Shown in pieces: positions 54,512 through 61,605 of a DNA stretch of 64,000 nucleotides (the first letter of the stretch is position 1; each line of letters opens with the position of its first letter). A program made the translations under genes and the position numbers. The notes beneath the pieces were generated by a model. It was not told the origin of the DNA. It made no database searches and saw only the letters and a list, made by a program, of their open reading frames with translations. The stretch is from a virus. The stretch is from IMG/VR virus record IMGVR_UViG_3300019458_000616, positions 7,234-71,233 of that record; one strand, 5' to 3'.

Positions 54512-55546
54512 ATGGCGACTGTTCCCGATGTCAAGGTCGGCCTCGAGCTCGAGACGAGCGCGAAGCCCGGATGGAAGACGACGGAGCTCTACGCGACGAT
54601 CGCGGCCGCGGCCGCGCTCTACCGGGAGGCGACGGCAGGGCTCGAGGGCTGGCCGAAGGCGGTGGTCCTCATCGGGATCGCGATCGTCGCCGCGGCCTAC
54701 GTCCTCTCGCGCGGGCTCGCGAAGGGACCCGTGAAGGGGATCGCCGATGGAGCGGCGGACCGGGCGCTCGAGGAGATGCGCCGGAAGGAGGCCGGGCGGG
54801 AGGAGTCGGGACGGGCGGCCTGGCCGGCGCCTTTTCTCGCCCTCGCGCTCGCCGCGGCGGTCGCCGTCCTCGTCCTCGGCTCGGGCTGCGCGCTCCTCTC
54901 GCCGCCGGTGGCGTTCGACCAGCACACGGCGGACGAGATCGACGCGACGATCGACCACGAGACCGAGAACCACGCGCTGACGATCGCCTCGCTCGACCAA
55001 GTCATCGCGGCGACGACGCTCGAGGAGGTCCGGGTCCGGGTCGAGCGGGCGAAGGAGAGCGCGACGGTCCGTAGGGACGGTGAGCTCGTCCGCCTCCGGA
55101 CCTGGAAGCGGTCCGAGGAAGCGAAGAAGATCAAGGACGCGCCCGGCGAGGTCCGGGGCGCGGCGGGGGTGGAACGAATCGGCGGCTTGCTGGAGACGCC
55201 GGCGAGGGGGTCGGGCGGGCGCGACGAATGGGGAAACCGCGGGCGCCCGCCCGGCTTTTCGGAGACGCGCGAAGGGGTCCGCGACGACCAGGGCGTACGA
55301 CCCGGCGAGGGCGGCCCTCAGTCCTGGGAGGATCCCGATGCGTCAGGGGCCGGCGGGAGCGGGCTCGCAACCGCGCCGCCGGATCATGAGCCGACGGCCG
55401 CCGGCCCCGACCTCATCTCGACGGTCGCGATCGTCCCGTGCAGGCCCTGCGACGGCGACGGATGGGTCTGGGAGCTCCTCCCCTGGCCGCCGGGGTGGCG
55501 TCCGTGCCCTGCCTGCGGGGGTAGGGGCTGGAGGAGGCATCCGTGA
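54512..55546 (+). CDS. Holin-like TM protein fused to a lipoprotein-like coiled coil and C-terminal Zn finger
   Basis: KPGWKTTEL plus two TMs; hydrophobic stretch ending LGSGC; CRPCDGDG..CPACGGRG. Confidence 0.55.
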   Translation: MATVPDVKVGLELETSAKPGWKTTELYATIAAAAALYREATAGLEGWPKAVVLIGIAIVAAAYVLSRGLAKGPVKGIADGAADRALEEMRRKEAGREESGRAAWPAPFLALALAAAVAVLVLGSGCALLSPPVAFDQHTADEIDATIDHETENHALTIASLDQVIAATTLEEVRVRVERAKESATVRRDGELVRLRTWKRSEEAKKIKDAPGEVRGAAGVERIGGLLETPARGSGGRDEWGNRGRPPGFSETREGVRDDQGVRPGEGGPQSWEDPDASGAGGSGLATAPPDHEPTAAGPDLISTVAIVPCRPCDGDGWVWELLPWPPGWRPCPACGGRGWRRHP

Positions 55547-55956
55547 GCGCCAGGGCGCGCGAGCTCTTCGAGGGGGCGACGAAGGTCCTCGGGGAGGCGG
55601 TGAGGGCCCAGGCGGTCGAGTACCTCGAGCACCTGGGGAGGGTCTCGGAGACGACTCTCCGGGAGGGGGAGAAGGTCCTCGCCGAGCTCGTCGTCGTCGC
55701 GAACAAGCTCGCGGTCGGGGCGATCGACGAGGGGACGGCCGCGAACGCTGCGAAGAACCTCCTCCGAGCCCTCGGGAACATCGCCGAGGAGGCGGAGAAC
55801 GCGGAGAAGGCGGAGGAGGTCCGCCAGGCCCGGCTCGCCCTCGAGACGCTCTCCCGGTTTGCCCTCGCCCTCGTCTCCGCCGGGGTCGCGATCGCCGTTC
55901 CCGCGGCCGCCGCCTTCCTCGACGGGCTCTCGGCCCGGATCTCCAGGCCCTCCTAA
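55543..55956 (+). CDS. Helical protein with C-terminal hydrophobic segment
   Basis: GTGA overlap; FALALVSAGVAIAVPAAAAFL. Confidence 0.6.
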   Translation: MSARARELFEGATKVLGEAVRAQAVEYLEHLGRVSETTLREGEKVLAELVVVANKLAVGAIDEGTAANAAKNLLRALGNIAEEAENAEKAEEVRQARLALETLSRFALALVSAGVAIAVPAAAAFLDGLSARISRPS

Positions 55957-56119
55957 GTCCTTAGACCGCAAGCTCGACCGGCGTCGTTTGCGTTCGCCAG
56001 TCGAGCGTCGCAGAGGTCACGGTCCTACGACGTGCAGAATGTTGGTCGGGCCGATGGCGGCGGGGTCGTCTCGCCGCCTCGATCCCGGTCAGTTTTTCCT
56101 TAAGAGGAGAGAGGATATC

Positions 56120-56305
56120 ATGTTAAACACTTGCCGTATCGACCGCTGGCGGATAATCCCACGGCCCTTCAAGATCTGCGGGCACTGCTTCTGGCGAGTA
56201 GTCTGCTACCTTCGCGACCGCCCCGGATCCCATCTACACACGGCCCTCGCGGTCGTCATCGTAGAGGAGGCGGTCGCCTTGCGCGACGGTTTCGCAACGC
56301 AGTAG
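56120..56305 (+). CDS. Possible small ORF with atypical composition
   Basis: Strong purine SD AAGAGGAGAGAGG; low-GC codons. Confidence 0.3.
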   Translation: MLNTCRIDRWRIIPRPFKICGHCFWRVVCYLRDRPGSHLHTALAVVIVEEAVALRDGFATQ

Positions 56306-56495
56306 GCGGTTCCGACTCGACGCCAAAGGACCGGCGCTCGCACTCGTCGTGGGTCCAGCCGTTATCGCAGCGGATCGCGGAGGACCCCGCGCGTACGAGC
56401 CTCCGGCAGAAGAGGCAGGGACTCAGGATCTGGCCAGGAACCCACGCGTTGACGTCGCCAGAAGCCGTCCGAGATCGGCCGCGCCGCTTACCCAT
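56256..56495 (-). CDS. Possible small Zn-binding protein
   Basis: CLFC..C...H.EC; weak SD. Confidence 0.35.
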   Translation of the reverse strand: MGKRRGRSRTASGDVNAWVPGQILSPCLFCRRLVRAGSSAIRCDNGWTHDECERRSFGVESEPPTALRNRRARRPPPLR

Positions 56496-56517
56496 CCGTT
56501 CGGAGGGGTTTATCGGA

Positions 56518-57213
56518 TCAAGCGAGGCCCGTAGAGCATCCCCGGGCCCGGCGGAGGAATGCGTCCGCTGCGGCCCGTAGCTCGCCCCGGGTCCTCCCGA
56601 GGACGGCGCCGAGCTCAGCGAGCGCCTCCTCACGGTGGCGCGGCGAGAACCCGCTCCCGTCGACGCCGGCGAGCCGGACGACGACGAACCGTCCGAGCCG
56701 CTCGAGGTCGCCGTCGACCGGGACCGTGTAGGCGCGGAGGAAGAGCTCGCGACGCTCGAAGGCGTCCTCGTCGTGTCGGCGCCCGTCGCGTGACGAGTCC
56801 TCGGCCGCCTCGAGCGGAAGGACCTTTCCCGCGACCGCGATCCGGCGAGCATGAACCGCGGACGTCTTCGCCCGGACGCGGACGTGCTTCGGCACGCGGA
56901 TCGCCCGGAGGGTCGTCGAGACGTAGAGCTGGATCTTGTTCCGGATCCACTCGGTCGCGCAGGTCGAGAAGCTCCCGCGCCGGGGGTCCCAGCGGTCGAG
57001 GGCCTCGATCAGGCCGAAGACGCCGGTGTCGAAGAGGTCCTGGTACGTGAGGAGATCCTCGCCGACCTCCGCACCCGGCCGGCGGGCGACGTAGGGCCGG
57101 AACCAGCGCCGGATGACGTTCCCGACGAGCCCGTGATTGAGCTCGACGAAGCGGCGCTCCTCGTCGGAGAGCGGCCGCGCCCGGTGCATGCAGAGATAGA
57201 CGCCGGCACTCAT
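56518..57213 (-). CDS. Sigma-70 family factor (region 2 clear, region 4 divergent)
   Basis: FVELNHGLV..YQDLFDTGVFGLIEALDRWDPRRGSFSTCATEWIR..AIRVP. Confidence 0.8.
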   Translation of the reverse strand: MSAGVYLCMHRARPLSDEERRFVELNHGLVGNVIRRWFRPYVARRPGAEVGEDLLTYQDLFDTGVFGLIEALDRWDPRRGSFSTCATEWIRNKIQLYVSTTLRAIRVPKHVRVRAKTSAVHARRIAVAGKVLPLEAAEDSSRDGRRHDEDAFERRELFLRAYTVPVDGDLERLGRFVVVRLAGVDGSGFSPRHREEALAELGAVLGRTRGELRAAADAFLRRARGCSTGLA

Positions 57214-57215
57214 CG

Positions 57216-57231
57216 GTTAACCAACCTTAAC
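57216..57231. promoter_or_regulatory. Palindrome copy 11 (variant) GTTAAC-CAAC-CTTAAC
   Basis: 2 bp upstream of the minus-strand sigma ATG. Confidence 0.8.
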
Positions 57232-57287
57232 ATCATCTTGCATTGGAGGCGACGGTGGCCTTGGGAGGGCCCTTCTCGAGCGTCCTG

Positions 57288-57614
57288 TCATTCCCCCACC
57301 GTCTCCGCGCCGAAGAGCGTCGGGCCGAGTCGCTTCTTGCTCGCCGCGCCGCGGGCGCTTGCCTTCGCGTACTCGATCAACGCGTCGGCGATCGCCGAAC
57401 GTAGTAGCGCGATGAACGCGGGATCGGCGAGGACGCTGGCGACGGCTTCGCGCATGACGGCGGCGATCTTGTCGCCCTCGCCGGCGACGGCCTCTATCGC
57501 CGCCTTCTGGATGGGGCCGGGGTCATGGCGGTAACCCGCGCGCGTCAGCTCCGCCAGGAGCGCATCGCGAAGAAGCTTGACGGGAACGTCGACCCGGATG
57601 CCTTCGTCACTCAT
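57288..57614 (-). CDS. Hypothetical protein
   Basis: ATG with GGAGG upstream; typical codon usage. Confidence 0.55.
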   Translation of the reverse strand: MSDEGIRVDVPVKLLRDALLAELTRAGYRHDPGPIQKAAIEAVAGEGDKIAAVMREAVASVLADPAFIALLRSAIADALIEYAKASARGAASKKRLGPTLFGAETVGE

Positions 57615-58209
57615 GACCCGCCTCCTCGGACTCGCGGTCTCGCGCCCGCCGCCTCGAGCTCTCGGGGAGGAGGAGCGGGACCTCTTCGCGCTCGTTCCTC
57701 GGGACCGCTTCGAGCAGTCGCCCCGCCACGTCGAGGACCTCTCGGACGCCGGCGAGCTCGCCGAGCACGACACGGCGCCGGAGCGCAACCCAAGGACGAT
57801 CGTCGTCGACGGTCGCGCGCCGCCCGAGCCGGCAGGCCGCCGCGAGCCACCAGCGATCGACGAGAAGAAGGAGGTCCTCCTCGGCGGTCTCGGAGTCCTC
57901 GGCGCGCGCCGCGACGGCGTCGAGCCGGCGAAGGAGCGAAGCGGGGGAGAGCCCGTCGCCCTCGCCGAGGAGGTCCTCGAGCCGGGCCTCCGCCTCGGTG
58001 ATGGAGACACCCCACGCGCGGGCAGCGAGTCGAACGGGGCCCCCGCCCTCGGCGCAGCGGTGGCAGAACCAGCGGCGATCGTCCCGGACGGACATCGCCG
58101 GCGCTTTCCCGGGAGGGCACCTCGGACAGGGGAGGCGGCCGTCCGGCCCGGCCTCGCCGAGATCGAGGAGCCGGATGACGTCGCGGAGCCGGAAGGTGGT
58201 ACCCCTCAC
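57607..58209 (-). CDS. Stand-alone primase-type zinc-binding domain (CHC2-like) protein
   Basis: CPRCPPGKAPAMSV..RWFCHRCAEGGGPV..WGVSITEAEARL. Confidence 0.7.
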   Translation of the reverse strand: MRGTTFRLRDVIRLLDLGEAGPDGRLPCPRCPPGKAPAMSVRDDRRWFCHRCAEGGGPVRLAARAWGVSITEAEARLEDLLGEGDGLSPASLLRRLDAVAARAEDSETAEEDLLLLVDRWWLAAACRLGRRATVDDDRPWVALRRRVVLGELAGVREVLDVAGRLLEAVPRNEREEVPLLLPESSRRRARDRESEEAGHE

Positions 58210-59636
58210 GTCTCCTCCTTCGCCGGCAGCGAGTCGAAGAGCGGTAGCGGCTCAGGCGGCTTCTGTCGAACGGGGCGAAGGCCCTTCGCGTCCAGGGCAA
58301 GGCCCTGACGGGCCATGTCCAGGTACTCGGGCTTGAGGTCTATCCCGACCGCGTTCCGCCCGAGGCGAACGGCGACGATCGCCGTCGTCCCTCGGCCGAG
58401 GAACGGATCGAGGACCGTCGCGGGGACCGGGTCGACGAGCGGGCATCGGCAGCTCGGCGTCCATCCCGCCGTCGCGGCGATCCGATCGAGTCGAGGACGC
58501 CCGACGTCGCGCCGGGGCGAGCCGTCACGCAAGACCTTCGAGCCCGGCCCATGAAGCGCCGATGTCACGTACCGGGCGGAGACCTTGCGCGTCCAGGGTG
58601 CTCCGCAGGAGCCGCAGACGCCTCGCTCGCTCGTTCCGGCAAGGATGCACGGCTCGACTAGCGCCTCCGGGTAGCTCGCGTAGTGGGCAAGCGGAGACGG
58701 CTGAGGGTTGATGACCCACACGCTACGGAGGTTCCGGCGTTTCGGCTCGGCTCCGAATCGTCGCGTGCTCCCCTCGTGCGGCTCGCCGCCGCCATGCCCG
58801 TTCTGACCGTCGCCCCATCGCGCCTCGTCCGCGCAGGCGGACGCCTCGGACGCGGCATGGCGATCGTAGAAGTAGCGCCTCGAGCGCGTGAGCAGGAAGA
58901 GGTACTCGTGCGACTTCGTCGCCCGAGGGGCGCTATCCGGCATGACCGAACCCGAACGATCCGGACAGAACGAGAGGCCCTTCGCCCAGACATGGTCCAT
59001 GCGGAGGTACCAGCCGTCGTCTCGGAGCGCGAGAGCCGCCGACCAGGCCTGGCCGACCAGGTCCCCCCTCTTGATTGTCGGGTGCCGGCCAGGCGTCCTC
59101 AGGCCGCTCAGGATCCCGAGCCGGGAGCGTCGCCGATCGAAGACGCCGTCGGTGCTAGCGAGGTTCCCCTCGAAGCTCTTCTCGCCGTAGAACGAGTCTC
59201 CAAGGTTGAGCCAGAGGGTCCCGTCGCGCCTGAGGACCCGCCGCACATCCCGGAAGACCTCGACGACGTGCTCGACCCAGAGCTCGGGTGTCGGCTCAAG
59301 CCCCAGGGCACCGAACCACGCGCCGCAGCCCAAGCAGAAGGCTCCGTGCCGACGGAGGCCGGCCGCCGCGCGCGATCCCTTCTGGTTCCCGCGCGTGTCG
59401 AGGAAGTCGTTGCCGGAGTGGTCCGGCCGCGGCCGGATCTTCGTCGTTGGACGCTCCGCCCCCCATGCATGCGAGCAGGCAGGATCTCCGCCCCATGCGG
59501 ATGGCGGGATGCCGTAGTCGCGGAGGGACCAGTACGGAGGGCTGCAAACGCAGCAGTGGATGCTCTCCTCCGGCAGCTCTCGCAAGGCCTTGCGGGCGTC
59601 GCCGAGGATCAGCCGGCATGTCGGGGTAGTGCCCAT
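58206..59636 (-). CDS. DNA N6-adenine/N4-cytosine methyltransferase (beta class)
   Basis: GDARKAL..SIHCCVCSPPYW; HYASYPEALVEPCI; VLDPFLGRGTT. Confidence 0.9.
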   Translation of the reverse strand: MGTTPTCRLILGDARKALRELPEESIHCCVCSPPYWSLRDYGIPPSAWGGDPACSHAWGAERPTTKIRPRPDHSGNDFLDTRGNQKGSRAAAGLRRHGAFCLGCGAWFGALGLEPTPELWVEHVVEVFRDVRRVLRRDGTLWLNLGDSFYGEKSFEGNLASTDGVFDRRRSRLGILSGLRTPGRHPTIKRGDLVGQAWSAALALRDDGWYLRMDHVWAKGLSFCPDRSGSVMPDSAPRATKSHEYLFLLTRSRRYFYDRHAASEASACADEARWGDGQNGHGGGEPHEGSTRRFGAEPKRRNLRSVWVINPQPSPLAHYASYPEALVEPCILAGTSERGVCGSCGAPWTRKVSARYVTSALHGPGSKVLRDGSPRRDVGRPRLDRIAATAGWTPSCRCPLVDPVPATVLDPFLGRGTTAIVAVRLGRNAVGIDLKPEYLDMARQGLALDAKGLRPVRQKPPEPLPLFDSLPAKEET

Positions 59637-61012
59637 CAGTCCACCGGGTCGAAGTCGCGTTCGGCGTCCGGCTCGCTCTCCTCGTCGACGAGGTCCGCGA
59701 CGAACGCCGAGCGGTAGTCGGCCATTGCCTTGAAACCGAGCGGGATCGTCTCCTCGCCACGCGCCTTGCAGACGCCGATGACGACTTGGTTCGCTGTCTT
59801 GAGCTTTCGCGTCCGGAGGGTCCAGCAGACGACGTCCGAGTCGCGTTCCGCCCTCGAGCTCTCGGCGAGGTCCGAGAGGAGGTAGTGCGGGACCGGCTTC
59901 CGGCGCTCGCACTCCTTCCGCCCGTCGCGGCTGATCTGGTGCGGCGAGAGAAGCCAGAGTCCGCGCCCGCCCGCGTACGTCGCCGCGAGCTCCTTCGCCT
60001 CGCCGAGGGTGTCGTTGAGCTCCTCGCGCGCCGCGCGCCGGCGCTCGAACGGACGGAGCAGCTCGAGGTAGTCGATGACGAGGAGGTCGACGGACGTCGC
60101 CGACCGGAGCGCTTCCATGCGCCTTTCGACATCGCGGATCGTCGTCGACCGGGGCGGGCGCCAGGACCACCAGCAACGCCTCTCCGCCTCCCGTCGCTTG
60201 ACGTCCGCCACCGTCTCCCGGAGCTTCCGCTCGCCCTCCTCGTCGAGGCACCCGCGCGCGACCTCCCGCGTCAGCAACGGCGCGTCGGGGAAGAGGGTGC
60301 AAGAGTGCCGCGCGAGGAGGAGACGCCCCACCGGCAAGCTCTTCATCTCGAGGGCGATCCAGCAGACGACCCGGCCAGAGAGCCAAGCGTGGTAGGCGAC
60401 CGAGAGGGCCGACGTCGACTTCCCCTCGCTCGCGTACGCGGCCCAGAGCCAGAGGTCGCCGGGCTGGCCGCCGCCGACGACCTCGTCGAGTCGGCGAAAG
60501 CCGGTTGGGATGTACGCGGTCGCGCCCGCCTCCCGGACGGCCCCATGCTCGCGGAGGACCGCCTCAGCCATCGAGGAGAGGTCCTCGACGGCCTCGCCGC
60601 GGACGTCGAAGGTCGGGAGCTCGGCAGCGAGCCTCGAGACGACGTCTTCCGCCGCGCCGAGCTCGTTCCGGTCGAGCGCCTCGATCGCGGCCCTCATGCG
60701 ATCGAGGAAGGCGCGTCGCTTCGCGCGGTCCGCGATCTCGCGTGCGGCCTGGTCGACGTCGACGTCCTCGACTCGGCCGACGTCGGCGAGGGCCGGGAGG
60801 ACGGCGAGGAGCCGATCGCGGAGACGCCCGGGCTTCTTCGATCGGAGATGCTCGACGAGGCCGGCGAGCGTCGACGGGCGCCTGCGGAGGAGCCTGAGGA
60901 GCGCCGAGAGGACCTCGTCTTCGAGCCAGGAGGGGTCGACGCGCGCGAGCCGGCCCTCGTGGCGACCGGGGTTCGCAAGGAGGGCGGAGAGGAGGAGCCG
61001 CTCGGCGCTCAA
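59636..61012 (-). CDS. DnaB-like replicative helicase
   Basis: AYASEGKST, IALEM, LLVIDYLELL, PHQISR, DLAESSRAERDSD; TTG start overlapping the upstream stop. Confidence 0.9.
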   Translation of the reverse strand: MSAERLLLSALLANPGRHEGRLARVDPSWLEDEVLSALLRLLRRRPSTLAGLVEHLRSKKPGRLRDRLLAVLPALADVGRVEDVDVDQAAREIADRAKRRAFLDRMRAAIEALDRNELGAAEDVVSRLAAELPTFDVRGEAVEDLSSMAEAVLREHGAVREAGATAYIPTGFRRLDEVVGGGQPGDLWLWAAYASEGKSTSALSVAYHAWLSGRVVCWIALEMKSLPVGRLLLARHSCTLFPDAPLLTREVARGCLDEEGERKLRETVADVKRREAERRCWWSWRPPRSTTIRDVERRMEALRSATSVDLLVIDYLELLRPFERRRAAREELNDTLGEAKELAATYAGGRGLWLLSPHQISRDGRKECERRKPVPHYLLSDLAESSRAERDSDVVCWTLRTRKLKTANQVVIGVCKARGEETIPLGFKAMADYRSAFVADLVDEESEPDAERDFDPVD

Positions 61013-61605
61013 AGGGCCTCGAGGTCGAAGACCGCGACCTTCTTCGGGTTCCGGAGAAGGGCGGCGCCCCTGTCGCCGTAGAGGGCTCGGAGGTTGCCCG
61101 TCGCGGCGACGAGCGTCGAGCGTCCCTCGACGTCGCGGCGGTTGACGAGCTCGGAGAGTCGGGGCCCGTTGTAGGAGTGCCGGCCCTCCTCGCCGCAGAG
61201 GACGACGATGAAGGCGAGTCGCGAGAGCTGCGCCTCGAGCCGCGCCTTCTCCTCGCGGTTGAACGTGAGGTCGACGAGCTCCGAGAGCCGGACGAGGCGT
61301 CCATCCCGTCCGGTCCCGATCGCCGCTCGGAGGGCGGCGAGGGCTGCCTCGCCGACCGCCGGCATCTGGCCGTAGAGGACGGAATGGCCCGAGGCCTCGT
61401 ACGCGGTCCGGACGAAGCGGCCGAAACCGCGACCGAAGGCGGAGAGAGGGCGGACCTCGACATCGGCGACGCCTCCGCGCTCGAGAAGCGCGTCCCGGAC
61501 CGCTTCCGCGCGGCAGGCGCAGGGGCGCCAACGGCCGGTCGCGGCGTCCCGGACGTGCTTCCGGCCGCGGCAGACCGCACAGGGGGCTACGGCAGCTTGT
61601 CCCAT
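61009..61605 (-). CDS. DnaC/IstB-like helicase loader, degenerate ATPase
   Basis: CAVC..WRPCAC Zn motif; LSELVNRR..GRSTLV; Walker motifs not intact. Confidence 0.6.
   Translation of the reverse strand: MGQAAVAPCAVCRGRKHVRDAATGRWRPCACRAEAVRDALLERGGVADVEVRPLSAFGRGFGRFVRTAYEASGHSVLYGQMPAVGEAALAALRAAIGTGRDGRLVRLSELVDLTFNREEKARLEAQLSRLAFIVVLCGEEGRHSYNGPRLSELVNRRDVEGRSTLVAATGNLRALYGDRGAALLRNPKKVAVFDLEAL

Noticed and set aside
55385-55415. Group II intron domain V (ATGAGCCG..)
   Set aside because: Only the first bases match; no domain V stem-loop, no GTGCG 5-prime end and no reverse transcriptase
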